From assembly GCF_009914755.1 (NCBI RefSeq), contig NC_060935.1: a stretch of 64,000 bases of DNA. One strand, written 5' to 3'. The notes below the pieces were generated by a model. It did not search any database and was not told the DNA's origin. It saw only the letters and a list, made by a program, of their open reading frames with translations. The DNA comes from the human T2T-CHM13v2.0 reference genome, Homo sapiens. This document shows, in pieces, positions 51,720 to 64,000 of the stretch (positions within the stretch are counted from its first letter, which is position 1; every line of letters begins with the position of its first letter). Made by a program: the position numbers and the translations under genes.

Positions 51720-52090
51720 TGCACTGTTCTGCATCCCACCTGTGCAAGACATTTCACACTCATTGGCTTGTTTAATCTTCACAACAATCCCATGAGGGAA
51801 CTGAGGTCCAGAGATGTGAGGGGTTTGTCCAAGGCCACACAGATCCTCAATAGCTAAGCTGGGATTTCTAGAATGAACAGCAATTATGAACACACAGCAC
51901 TGTTTCTGTGCCAAGTACTATGCTATGATATCTCATTCATGTCTCTTGATAGCCTCGTGAGGTAGATACTGTGATTATTTTCATTTTGCAAATGAAGGAA
52001 CTGAGGCACAGAAAAGGCAAGGCAGCTTTTCCAAGGTGCCATGGTTTGGGCCTTGAACCCAGATGCATCTGACCACATTCTGATGGCTTA
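51720..52090 (-). mobile_element. Two adjacent MIR SINEs
   Basis: tttaatcttcacaacaatcccatgaggg...gtccaaggccacac; ttttgcaaatgaaggaactgaggcacaga. Confidence 0.75.
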
Positions 52091-52759
52091 GACGCAGTGT
52101 GCATCGTCTCTGCAGATATTTCTTGTACGGGGGTTTAGTGCAGGCTGAGGCCTGCCTGGCTTCTGTGACTCTGGATTCTGCAGATGGGCACAGAGAGTGG
52201 TTTTCCATGACTCAGTATGCACGTGCCTTCAGAGCCTCTTTGCATGGAGGAGTGGTTCAAGGAAGGAGTCAGGCTCTGCCCTGCCTACCCAGCCCTCTCC
52301 AAGGAAAGGCCAGAACCAGTTTGGAAGCAAAGCAGAGAAAGACCAGATATGGAGAGGGGCTGAGATGAGCCACACTGAGACGCCTGCTGGTGCTTCTTCA
52401 AAACATCCCGCCCCCTTCCCAGAACGAGCAGGCTTAGAGCCACGGCTGCACTGAGACAATAATCACTAATCAAGTCAAAGTCTCCTTCTAATCAGTTCAG
52501 TTGTTAGAGGAAGCAATGCAGCCGGGCCTGGGCCTGAGGATGGCTGTTCTTCACTGCCACATGCCCACAAGGACTGCAGGGGTGAGCCTCCGGCCCACCC
52601 AGCATCCTGTGCTGGCAACCTCTCCTGGTGCCAAGGGGCATTCGGCACGGCAGCTGCTCTGGGACCAGGTCTCAGCCTGCTTTCTGCTCCAGCTTCCCCG
52701 CATAAAAGTCCTTAATCTCAGGGCTAAAGGAACTAGAAATGGCAAGAATGAAATCATAG

Positions 52760-53220
52760 AGGGAATGTTGCCTCTAAAGTCAGGCACCCAGGGTTCAAGT
52801 CTGGCTCTGCCATTTACAACCAGGAACTTTGAAAAATTTACTTACCATTGCTGCCCCTCCATCGTAAAAAGGAGATTAAAAACAAGTGATGTCTTACTGG
52901 AAGTTTCTATCTATCCTTCAGAACTTAGCTCAAATATCACCTCCTCTGTGACTGCTTTCCCAACCAGCATCTTGTGCCATCCCTGAATTAATTGTCCCTT
53001 TTCTACATTTTCCAAAACACGTTACTCAAATACCTGCAAGAGCATTTATCATTCTGAGTGGTGGTTTCATCATTTATAATTCTATTTTCCAGACCAACCA
53101 CCCTGAAGGGGGAGAAATTATAATGTATTCATAACTGTGACCCCCACACTGGCCTACCACAAAGCCTGGCACATAATAGTTGCTTATGAAATGTTTGTTA
53201 AATGAATAATGAATGAGGAG
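52760..53220 (+). mobile_element. MIR fragment followed by L2 3' end
   Basis: gggttcaagtctggctctgccattt; ctcaaatatcacctcctctgtga...cctggcacataatagttgc...tttgttaaatgaat. Confidence 0.7.
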
Positions 53221-53527
53221 TAAATAAGTGGTGTATATACTTGAATCTGTAATTTGTATGATGCTTCCCCTCTTATCGACGTTGTTATCAAATGCAAAAC
53301 CTTGTTCAGACTCTGACACTCCAGCAATATTCATCAAATAGGGCTAGAGATATGCAGGAAGTAAGAAAACTGGATGATCAACAACTCCTGTAAAATTTCA
53401 TCAAGAGTTTTCCAGTTACCAGCAAGTGTACAGATCCTACTTTATTCAATCTAGATTAAACCTCTTATTGGGAAGACTTTAAATTAAGTGTGACTGAATT
53501 AGCTGCTGTTAATTTTTTTTCCCCTAG

Positions 53528-53719
53528 ATCGGCTAATCTCTAAGCGAGGCCCTCTCTTCCTCGACTGATCGGTTTCCTCTCTGGTGCGCTGGGATTGATC
53601 CCTATCTTCCTGGATATTGAGTGGCCCGTGTTCTCAGGCAGGAAGAGATACTGAGTTTGCTGGTGGAGCTGGGCCTGTTCGCTGTGAGATTCCCCCGCGG
53701 GAGGGCTGTCTGGCACTCG
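53528..53719 (+). other. Candidate non-coding exon / CpG-retaining regulatory island
   Basis: Acceptor ttaattttttttcccctAG (53527), donor tcg|GTGAGC (53720); stops in all three frames; 10 CpGs within the exon. Confidence 0.35.
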
Positions 53720-54099
53720 GTGAGCTGGGACAACAGGTACAGTGCTTGTGAGGTGCTATCGCTAATAGTAATCTGTGTGCTTCGATGAACTGCTGCTGCA
53801 AACCCTCATTTCATAAAATGGAGATGCCGGGGAGTTAGCGAAGCCTCAAAGCTTCTTACCGCACTAACTATCCTCAAGGGCAGCAAAGGGCAGATGGATT
53901 TGCTGCTTTTCTTCTCTTTTCCGCATTCCCTATCCTCCACCCCCAAAAAATGTCCTCTCCTTCCCTCCCGCTTCCCTACACTCCCAGGTTCCGGTGGCTG
54001 GAGACCTCACAGAAGGCCTGGGTATCTCAGGGGGGAGCCCACAGAGCACAGCCGGCAGGAAAAAGACTTCTCTACAACTTGAGGTCCACTTTCATGGCT

Positions 54100-54310
54100 A
54101 CCACAGTGTATTAGAAAGAGCTCAGGCTTTGGAATCAGAAGCGTGTTTGAATCTCTGGTTCATTATTCACTGTGCTTCAGTTTCCCCGACTGTACAATGG
54201 GGATAGAAGACGGAGCTTGCATTTCTGCTAAGAAGACTAAGCCAGAAAATGTATGCAAAGCCTGTTTTAACGTAAGCACCCGATTCAATCAATTGAAACT
54301 GTTACTGTTA
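54100..54310 (+). mobile_element. MIR SINE
   Basis: agaaagagctcaggctttggaatcaga...cttcagtttccccgactgtacaatgggga. Confidence 0.8.
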
Positions 54311-55149
54311 TTGCAATAACATTAAATTAATACCAGAGAAGTGTGCAAAAGAGACAGGCAGACTGGAGTACTTGAATGAGACTTTGCCGTAGCTCTCTGA
54401 TTCAAAGCCGTTGGGTCCTCACAACCCAGAAAGCAGTTTCACCTGCCTACAGCTCCTCACAAGCTGGCCCCACTTCCTCATGGCCGCAGACCCCGTGTCC
54501 AGCAGGCAGGAGCAGTTCCAGCACCCGCCCACTCTCAGGAGTGTCCTTGGGGTCCTCTTTGCTGGGAGTGGGGTGAGGCAGCACTGATGATTCACGACAC
54601 AGCGGCAGGAGCACAAGGACTCCGGGCCGGTTATGAAGCCATCAATCTTGAGCTGAGATTTTCTGGAATGCTATAGCAAGAGAGGAAAGGTTGCAGGGGC
54701 CTGGGGGCGGGGGTGGGAGAGACCTTGCTGAGAATCTAGGGAGTGCACAAGAAGAAATAGGGTGCATGACAAACTGGAGTTGTTGGAAACATTTTTCTAC
54801 TCTCATCCTCTTCAACCCAAGCAATGCCCTCTATCCCCTGCCCCAAAATGAACACATGCTGAATCCATTTCACCCAGGCCAGTGTGGCCCTTGGGGGTCC
54901 GCCACTCTTGCCCATGAGTACATAGCTGGTTTGGGTCCTCTGAATGCCAGGAAAGTCTTGCAACTTCACAGCCTCACAACTGACACTCTCCTCCTCTGAT
55001 CTCCAAATACCTTTACGACCCTCTCCTGCTATTTGCCACCCAAGCTCCCCCTCCATCAGACCCTCCCTGCCCTCAGACTCATGCCCACCCCCTGTGCTCA
55101 AGTGGTAACCCCTGCTAAGAATGTGCCTAGGCCTTAGAATCAGATTTAG

Positions 55150-55620
55150 ATCAGCTGAGGCACAGCAGGGATGAGAAGGCACACTGAAAACCAAGCAACT
55201 GGTGGAGAATTTAATACAGGGACTATTTACAACAATGTGAGCAGCCTTAGGGAAACTAACAGGAGATGGGGCAGAGCAGGCCAGTGGCAGCGGAGAGCCC
55301 AGGGCCACTCACAGGCCAGGAGGGATGAGAGAAGGGAAACTAGAGGAAAACATGTGAAAAAAGAGAAAGATCAGACAAGCACTGTGGCTTTCAGAAAAGG
55401 CACAAAGCCAGCCCACAGCAACCAGTGGGAAGGGAGTTGGGGAAATAAATATCCTAACCTCACTCTACACCAGTCACTGCCAGCGCCTCCCATTGGCAAA
55501 ATCCAAAGGGAAGCCAAGGCAAGGGAGTTCATTGATGAAATTCCTAACAGTCCACCTCTCTGGGCTAAAAGGATAAGGGAGGGTGAAGAGAGGATCTGGG
55601 TGAACACACAAGAGGCTTAA
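55150..55620. mobile_element. Ancient ERV-L LTR (LTR33/LTR16-like)
   Basis: tttaatacagggactatttacaa...ttagggaaactaacag; gcctcccattggcaaaatccaa...gcaagggag. Confidence 0.6.
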
Positions 55621-55629
55621 AGCATTTTA

Positions 55630-55835
55630 TCAAATCCCAATTCTGTTTACTAGCTGTGTGACTTTGGTCAACTAACTGGACTACCCTGAGCTCCAGATTC
55701 TTTATCTGTTTAAGAAAAAGTGGAAGAAGACTTTTATTACAAGTATACCATTGTGAGAATAAACTAAGTAATATATACAAAGTGCTTTTCACAGTGCCCA
55801 CGCATAGTACATGCTCAATAAATAATGGCCATTAG
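55630..55835 (+). mobile_element. MIR SINE
   Basis: tttactagctgtgtgactttgg...aaagtgctt...cacagtgcc...atagtacatgctcaataaat. Confidence 0.85.
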
Positions 55836-56277
55836 GTATTTTTAGTCTTATTCAAATCCTAGCTAATTCCCATCTGCTGTTAAATTTTCTCTAGCTTTTC
55901 CTTTATCCCCCCCTTACAGGGTTTTTACAGTATCTACAGTAATAGCAAACAATGTTTTCTGTTGCCAGATCATTGTCAAACTTAGAAAGACCTTTCTGAC
56001 CTTGAGATTAAAACAATTCCCCATATTTCCTTCTGATTATAAATTTTATGTTTGAATCTTTTATCCTGTAAAATTAATTTTGTTGTAAGACAAGGACTGC
56101 AAACACAAATGTACAAGTGGATTGCAGACACAAGCCAGACATGTTGCATATATGAATAAAAATATCTAAGTGGGGTTGAGTTCAGAGGGGTGAACTGGAC
56201 AATAGAAATGGGTCCCTCAAAGGAGTCACTACTACTCAGCTCAAGCACTTGTTTATATAACAGGCAGAGTGATCTTT

Positions 56278-56346
56278 TTTATTATTAGCATTTTTAAAGA
56301 TTATGGCAAAATACACATAATATAAAATTTACCATCTTAACAATTT
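56278..56346 (-). mobile_element. About 70-bp L1MB-type 3' tip inserted in L2
   Basis: ggcaaaatacacataatataaaatttaccatcttaac; TSD ca(g/c)agtgatcttt at 56265-56277 and 56347-56359. Confidence 0.7.
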
Positions 56347-56690
56347 CACAGTGATCTTTCTAAAAATACAGATCAGATCAGATCATCTCACCACCAACAG
56401 CTTCACGACCACTAATGTCTTCTTGTTGCCCTTAAGAATAAAATCTAAACTCTTTGCTGTGGCCTGCAGGCTCCATGTGATCTGGCAGTCGCCTTCTCTA
56501 AGATCTAGAAACCCTCGACGCCCTCTCCTGCTCACTCCCTGGGCTTCAACTGCACCACCCGCCCTCTCCTCTTCCAGCCATCAAGTCTGTCCATCTCAAG
56601 TTCCCTGTACTTCCTACCTCCACTCCACAGCATGGCAGCTCAAAAATTCCCTTCCCACAGAGGCCTTCCTGACCACCCTATATAAAAGAC
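56347..56690 (+). mobile_element. L2 fragment
   Basis: gtgatctttctaaaa...cttaagaataaaatctaaactc...agaggccttcctgaccacc. Confidence 0.7.
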
Positions 56691-56869
56691 AGATATTGAT
56701 ACAAAATCTCCCAGTGTTGAAAGGTCAAAAATGAATCCAAATTTTTTTACTGTCAGATTATCAGGCTAAACAGCACTGGGTCAGGGCACCCATTTGTAGC
56801 CAATATGCATAGTTAGCAGGTAGATTCTAGTTCCTCCTAAGGCCAAAATGACTAGCCAGTGGCCTGAAG

Positions 56870-57830
56870 CCTATTTTTAAAATAATTCACCACTACTTAA
56901 TCAAAATGCCATCTTCAGCATTTTCCAAACTCCCATATTTATTTGGGTTTACGTCTGGACTCGATTTTCCTATTCCTACTCTAGTCCCCGAATTTTTAAA
57001 TTACCTTGGCTTCATAGTATAATTTAATTTCTAACAGTATCTCAATATCCAACTCTCTATTTATAATGCTTCTTTTCTTTTCACACTTTTCCTAGCTGCT
57101 TCACAGGGTTCGTTCATTAGAGGAACTTCAGCATTATTTTGTCAAATTCCTCTTAAACAAATCTTGTTTGTGTTTTGATTGGGATCATAGCGAATGTATA
57201 GATTAAATTTGGGAAATTAATGTAATTACACAGTTTAATCATCTTATTCAAGATCAGCATATCTTGCTACTTATCCAATTTTCACTTAATGAATTTCATT
57301 ACAATGTCAAGGTTTTGTTCAAATAAGCCCTACGCACATCTCTTGCCATATTTACTTATGGTTGTTTTATCTGTTGTTTTTGCAAATAAAAGATTTTCTA
57401 TTACATTTTCTAATCAGTTATTTTTAGTATAAAAGATAACTTAATTTTTATATACTAAAATATTTTAGCCAATCATTTTGCTAAATTCCTTTCTAGTTGT
57501 TAATAGTTTTTAAATACTTCTCTTAGTTTTTCCAGGTTTGCACTCATATCTTAAAATAGTTATTTTGTAACTTCCTTCCCAATATGTATGCCTTTTTTCC
57601 AATATGTATATCATTGTTTCCAAGACAATGTGGAAAAATTGTGGTGATAGTGGGCATCTTTTTCTTATTCATGACTTTAACAAGAATGCTTTTTTAAATT
57701 TTAAACATGACGTTGATTTTAACTTTATGTGAAGGAAGCAGTCATCTATTCTGAATTTAAATCAGAAATTTGTATCGAAATTTGTCAAATGTGTTTTTAT
57801 TCAATATCTACTGAGATGATCCCAAAAAGG
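56870..57830 (-). mobile_element. Old L1 (L1ME) ORF2 fragments
   Basis: ttttgattgggatcatagcgaatgtatagatt; gtggtgatagtgggcatctt...tgactttaa. Confidence 0.7.
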
Positions 57831-59134
57831 ACTATCCGGGCTTGACTACACCCTTGCTGTGAGACCACCCCATGGACTCTATAAGGAGTGAGTGCCTCCG
57901 AGTTCCAGGCCCCCGAAGCTAGGTCTACTCCCTGTTGAATAGCTCTCCAACGGCTGTGAAGAGTTAAGGGAAGCCCCTAGAGCTCCATCTGTCCCTGGTA
58001 AGACACTCACCACTGTCATGATGGCATTGCCTAGGAAGCTAATCCCACAGGAGGGACTTTGTGCATGTAAAACTCCTGACACGTCTTCCCCTAAAGACTT
58101 TCAGGACTAAACTCATCAGGCTCCACAGCCGTTTCCTTCTCTTTCTACCTTACTCATATCCCCACATGAAAATGTTCCAGTACAAATGCAGCTCAATCTC
58201 CCAGCTCTCCATACCCGCAAGACCCTTCCCCTTTAGCCTCTGGACCTCATGCCACCATATGCAAAATCCCCTAGAGAGGATGCATGAGCTCTTCACTGAA
58301 AGTTCCCATCACTATCTTGCTCAGAATCCAGGTTCTGCCCTGAGACACTGCTTCCCCAGGAGCTTCTTCAAATGGTGGCTGTTTGTGCTTCCACGACCCA
58401 CAGTCTGGAGTATGGTAGGCTTCCTTTTTCTTCATTGATGCTTCCAGGTCATTTCTCCTCCATCATTCCTCTAAATCTCCCGCTCCTCTGAAGCACATGT
58501 TTTCTGTTATCCCTGACGCAGTTACCTACCAGCCATCCTGTCATCTCACTGGAGTTATTCTCTTTACTTTGCTGTTACTGTCATTTGTTCTTGATCACTT
58601 CATTGTTCACATAGATGATCCATATAACACCCAACTCTTTCATATCCTTGAACTCCTCACTTCCAATAAACTGAGGGGTTTTCTTCCAAATTTACCCATG
58701 CTCTACACTTTGTCATTCCCAATAACTGGGTCACCTTTCCACTCTCTCGCTGTCCACTCCTATCTTTCCACTCACTTACCCCAGCACCACCACTCCAAGC
58801 TTATTTGAGCCTCATCAATAACTTCTGTGCTTGACTTCTTATTTTCTTGCTCTCTAGAACTTCTCTCCATTTTTTGTTGTCCTCTCCTTTTTTTATTGTC
58901 CTGTCCTTTTTTTATTATCCAGCTCAGATTACAAATTTCATCAGTATAATCTCTCCTGTGCACACACTCCCAGCTCCCTTGCTCTCTTTTTCTGTTAAAT
59001 TCACCTGAAAAAAAAAAAACAAAAAAAACCTTTCTCTACTCACTTGTACTGAAGCAGTAAGACATGGTTACTTACAATTTTTACTACATTTTCTTAATTC
59101 CTTACCCCATTCTCCAAGGTAACTATTTCACACC

Positions 59135-59795
59135 ATGGCATGGACTGATAGTCATCCCACAACATCTGCACTCCTTCCTTAGTAGTAGAATTTTTAGTTG
59201 GACATACGGCTGCCCAGAATTAAGACTACATTTCCCAGTTTACTTTGCAGCTGTGTGTGGGCCTGTGGCCAAATTTTGGCCAATAAAATTTGTATGAAAT
59301 TTTTATGTGGCAACTTTTAGAAACTTTCTTTAAAAGATTATAGGCACACAAGCAGCTCCTGCCTTCTCTTTTCTTCATTCTGCTGCTTGGAACATGGATG
59401 TTACAGCTGGAGCTTCATTTCACACCAAGAAGATGAGGGCTATGTCCTAGGAATGATGAAGTGGAATCAGGCTGGCCTCAGAGGGACATGTCCACATTGA
59501 CATTGTGTACTCTTCCCCAGTCAGGATTATCCTAACACATGGTTCCTCCATTCACCTAGCTGTCAAGTTCAAAAACCCTGGGAGTCATTCTTGACTCCTC
59601 TTTCTCTCTCCCTTTTTTCCATTCTTGATTCTCTTGTTGCTGGAAAGCTGGAAAGAGCTTTGACTCCCAAGATCTTCAGGGAGTAGGGTTCCCACACCCG
59701 CTCTTGGTAGCCTACATCCAAACTTCTGACTTACTTAAGCTGCTATTATTTTGAGTGTCTGTTACTCACAGAAGAATAATATCTTAATCAATAGA
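59135..59795 (+). mobile_element. MLT1 (J/K-type) solo LTR carrying a ~175-bp foreign insert
   Basis: aagactacatttcccag...ttttggccaat...ctgctgcttggaacatggatg; end ttaagctgctattattttg...ctgttactcacag. Confidence 0.8.
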
Positions 59796-61476
59796 CATTC
59801 TTTCCTTAAATCTCCAACACCCCCTTCCTAATCCTTACTCTCAACTAATAATCTTATTTAACGTAGGAAAGATAAGCTATCAAAACAGAATTTCCATATC
59901 CACCCACCACCAGGTCTATCAACCTATCCTCATCTGTGCGTACATCCTCTGCCATCACTTCCTTGACAGCGGATGAACTGAACCGTTCCTTTTCCTTACC
60001 TGTGCCCTGCAGCCTACCTCCCTTGCCTTCTCAAGGGCTTTGTCTCTGCAGTTAGCCCTCCCTCTCTTGCATCATTATTTCCCCTTCCAAAGAATCACTC
60101 CAAATGATATACAAATGCTTCACTTTCTCTCATATTTTAAAAGAAAGAAACACAAAACTCCATTGTTCTCCAGCTCCTAAAACATTTTTTTTCTATTGCT
60201 TCACAGCAAACTCCCTTGCTTAACAGGTGTCTGTTCTCAAACTCTCCATTTTCTCTCCTCCCATCGTTTCTTGAACACAATTCCATCAGGCTTTCATCTC
60301 TGCAGCATCATGAAAGTGCTTTGATCAAAGTCACTATGACCTTCACCTTCCCAAATCCAAGAGTTAATTCTCAGATCCCATGCTGCCTGATATCTGAGCA
60401 GCATTCAGCACAGTTCATCATTGTCTTCACTTGGTTTCTGGGACAATACTCTTTTTTTTTTTTTCTTTTTGCTTCACAGGTTTGCTCTTTCTCACTCTCT
60501 TACTGATTCTTCCTAATTTCCCTGACCTTTAAGTGATTGTGTGCCCTTGCATTCAGGCTGTAGATCTCTTCTAATTTTATCCAGTCTTGTGGCTTTAATT
60601 GTCGTCTGTATGCTGATCACTCCTCACTTCATATTTATAGGTCTGACCTCTTCCCTGAACTCCAAATTCATACCCAACTGTCTATTCAGCATCTCCAATT
60701 GGATGACTAATGAGCATTTCAAACTCAACATAGCCAAAATCAAATTCCTGAAAATGCTAGACTCATGCAAATAGGAAAAATCAGTCTGGCCTCAGATGGG
60801 CATGTACACATTGACACTGAGTACTCTTACCCAGGTAGGACCATCCTAGCAAATGTTTCCTCCATTCACCTAGACACCCAGTTCAAAAACCCTAGAGTCA
60901 TTCTTGACTTCTTTTTCTCTCTCCCTATTTTTACTCTCGACTCTTTTGTTGATGACCCCTGCCTTCCTCCCCTCACCCTTCACCCAGCTCCACTACCATC
61001 AAAACTGTCAGCAAATCCTATCAACTCTACCTTAAGAATGAGGCCAGAAACTACTTTCCCACCTCCATTGCTACAATCTATGTCCAAGCCATCACTATCT
61101 CTTGTTGAAACAACTGCAAGAGTTCTATAATGAACCTGGTTTTCAGCTACCTCTCTGGTCTCACCTATGACACCTGTGAACACTCGGCCAGTCTCCCACT
61201 CTGCCTCAGCCACACTCCTCCTTGCTGGCCCTCCAACACACCAAACACTCTCCTGCCTTAGATCCTCCGGAAGCGTGGTTCTTGGTGCCTGAAATGCTCT
61301 TCTCCCAGTTATTCATGTTTCCCTCCCTCATTTCAATCAGATATCTGCTAAAAGGCACCTTGTGAGAGGGACTTTCTCTGCCCATCCTATCCAAATTAGC
61401 AGCCTTTCTCCTCCATCATTTTCTGTCTCTTACATTGTTTTACTTTTCTTTATAGCATTTACCACTGCTTGATACT

Positions 61477-61833
61477 TGATATGGTTTGTCTCTGTCCCCA
61501 CCCAAATCTCATCTTGAATTGTAATAAACCCCGTGTGTCGAGGGTGGGGCCAGGTGGAGATCATCAAATCATGGGGGGCAGTTTCCCTCATACTGTTCTC
61601 ATGGTAGTGAAAAAGTCTCATGAGATCTGATGGTTTTATAAATGGGAGTTCCCCTGAACAAGCTCTCTTGCCTGCTGCCATGTAAGATGTGACTGTGATC
61701 CTCCAGCACCCTCTGCCATGATTTTGAGGCCTCCCCAGCCATGTGGAACTGTGAGTCAATTAAAGCTTTTTCCTTTATATATTACCCAGTCTCAGTTATG
61801 TCTTTATTAGCAGTGTGAGGACAGACTAATACA
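61477..61833 (+). mobile_element. THE1 (B/C-like) solo LTR
   Basis: tgatatggtttg...ccccacccaaatctcatcttgaattgt...cagactaataca; 5-bp TSD atact on both sides. Confidence 0.95.
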
Positions 61834-62562
61834 ATACTATACTATTTATATATTCATTTCTTATTTATTGTATCCTTCCCCCATTGAAATTATAAGTTCC
61901 ACAAAAGCAGGGACTTTGTCCTCCTCCCCTCACGCTTATATCTGGGACTTAGAATAGTACCTGAGAATGGATTCCCCAAGAATATTCCTTATTCCTTTTA
62001 TTCTTTAAACTAAGAACCATGTAGGCTGAACTTAGGTTTAGCAACGGGTAGTTGGGACCAAGGTGAGAGCTGCTGATGTTCAGCCCCTCACAAGAAAGAG
62101 CCCTCCACTGGGAGCTTTGGAGAGAGGGAGCTGTTTGTTCTCAACTGCACCCATTTGGACTGAAGTCTCTGTTTCACTGGGCTGGGCAGGAGGAGCAGGT
62201 AGATTTTGGTTCAAATACCAAGACTCTCACTTTTCTTATCAAGTTTTAGCATATTTTCTTGAATCACTATTTCTTCATTTGCTGTGTACCATTAGGGCCA
62301 TTTCCAGAGATTTTTACATGGTTGCTTTATAAAATAATTTTCACCAGTTTTTTAAGGGGAATGGGTTGGGTAAGTCCATGATCTCTTACACTGTCATGCT
62401 GGAAATGAAACTTGTATTCCACATAGGTCATCTTGCTTTTATCCCATGACCTTGCTAGGCTATCCCCCTTGCTATCTTTTTTTTTTAATACTTAGGGTAT
62501 ATAGGATTGAGTCTTCAGTGTATGGCATATCATCACACTATCATCTGTGAAGGCCCCTCTAT

Positions 62563-62588
62563 TGTGTGTGTGTGTGTGTGTGTGTGTG
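62563..62588. repeat. (TG)n microsatellite
   Basis: About 13 units. Confidence 0.95.
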
Positions 62589-62599
62589 TTTAATTGTCT

Positions 62600-63270
62600 C
62601 CTTTCAATTCCTCACTTCCATTCTGGTTCCAACCTCACAAGCAGCCAGACTCCTGTGTTTATTGAGTACATTTTTGTTCTTTGTGTAATTTTAAATGTGT
62701 ATTTCATTACATCTTAACTTCCCTTTCTTTCTTCTTTTCACTTAGCACTTTTTTTAAGATCTCTTCATGAATCTATCCAGCTCGCTGTTTTAAATGCTGC
62801 CTGGTATTCTGTAGTGTGAATCTGCCCCATCGTATCTGCCTACACTCCCAGCAATGAACACCCAGATTTCCTACAACTCTCTCCACCACAAATAGCATTG
62901 CAATAGATATCTTCACTTGTCTTCTTATGGATCAGTGTGAGAATATATCTTGGATATCTTCCAGAGGTGACATTGCTGGGCATAGTATAGGCTTATATGT
63001 AATTTGTCCAAGAATATCCATACTGCTTTCCAGAATGACCGTGCCACTCTGGGGCCCTGAAGCCATGCACAAGGGCTGTAATCATCCTACCTTCTCACCA
63101 ACACTTGGCATTATCCTAATTGTGCCAGTCTAATAGGCTTAAAGTAATGTGCCATTGTTGTTTTAATTTGCATTTCCTTGATCACTAATTAATTTCTACA
63201 TCTCTTTATATGCTTATTAACCTCTAGGGTTTCTTTCTCTGTAAATTGGCAGTTTATATCTTTATAGCTA
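62600..63270 (-). mobile_element. L1ME-type 3' region
   Basis: tctcaccaacacttggcattatc...attgttgttttaatttgcatttccttgatcactaat. Confidence 0.75.
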
Positions 63271-63299
63271 ACTTGTTTTCATATGTGATATGTGTTTGA

Positions 63300-63520
63300 T
63301 ATCATTTTGAGTGCTTTATATGTGCTACATCATTCCAATTCTCATAACAACCTTATGATTTAAGTAATACAGTTAGCCCGCTTGCTTCGAAGACTGAAAC
63401 TGTGACTTAGAAAGTTTTAATAATTCTCCCAATGTTGTATATATTTAATTAGTTGCAGATCCATGACTCAAACCCAAGTCTCTCTGGCTCTCAAACTCCT
63501 GTTCATAATCACTGCACTCT
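63300..63520 (-). mobile_element. MIR SINE
   Basis: aattctcataacaaccttatga...gactcaaacccaagtctctctggctc. Confidence 0.75.
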
Positions 63521-63599
63521 ACTGCCTCTCACTGCACTCTGCCTAACAGAGACACCACATACTGACTGGGCACAACAGTCGGAGTCTTAGGGGGTTTAA

Positions 63600-64000
63600 A
63601 TGGATTCATTTCTTTAGAAACTCTTTATCAAGGACCATAGTAGGCACTGGGGATAGAGAAATAAATCAGGCAGAAAAGTCCTTCTTTTGTAGAGCTTAGA
63701 GTCTAATAGGAAAGACAAATATCAAATGAATATACAATCATTTATGAATTACAATAGTGGTAAGAATTATTAAAAAGTGCAGATGGACCTAATCAGTCAG
63801 AATTTTCTGAAAGAGTGGCATTCAAGATGAAATCAGGGAAAGGGCAGTATAATAAAAATCCATGAGAAAGCAGAAGCCGCCAGTTAATGGAAGCCATCGG
63901 GGACAGAGATGCAGAGCCAGGAGGAGGAAGGCCACAGAGGCTGAGGAGGCAGAGGCAGGGACAGCTCTTGAGATTACTGATGGGGATAGTGTCTGTTGAT
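63600..64000 (-). mobile_element. L2 3' region
   Basis: taggcactggggatagag...agagcttagagtctaatagga. Confidence 0.7.

Larger units (their letters stand above)
57900..61990 (+). mobile_element. Long L2 relic interrupted by MLT1 and THE1 LTRs
   Basis: Successive L2 landmarks: tgctttgatcaaagtcactatgacc, aaactcaacatagccaaaa, aaacctagagtcattcttgact, cagggactttgtc. Confidence 0.75.

Noticed and set aside
54736-55308. Longest ORF (190 aa), likewise 50500-50985 and 52501-52986
   Set aside because: No recognisable domain; they overlap LTR/MIR/L2 relics or biased composition, and the lengths are compatible with chance
57578-57610. Small direct repeats (ccaatatgtat x2; also catatgaaaata x2 near 36523)
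   Set aside because: Ordinary slippage-scale duplications in decayed repeats

Overview
Primate (human-like) non-coding DNA. I find no supportable protein-coding gene, RNA gene or processed pseudogene: the ORFs in the track are short, repeat-derived or low-complexity. Roughly half or more of the window is interspersed repeat: five AluS-type SINEs, many MIR and L2 relics, old L1s (including a 5'-inverted, twin-primed L1PB/L1MA), MaLR LTRs (MSTA plus internal, THE1, MLT1), an ERV-L integrase relic, Tigger3b and MER33. Several repeat-free islands rich in homeodomain, Sox, MEF2 and TCF motifs look like enhancers in a gene desert or large intron. The most unusual signal is four short (about 44-175 bp) direct copies of nearby sequence pasted into unrelated repeats, which resemble locally templated DNA-repair insertions of different ages. 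Other notable items are an orphan poly(A) retro-insertion with a perfect TSD, a CpG-rich 35-bp minisatellite apparently expanded from a MIR core, and a (GGAA)16 tract grown from an Alu tail. Repeat family names come from remembered consensus sequences, and boundaries of old elements are approximate. The locus and species cannot be fixed without a genome search.
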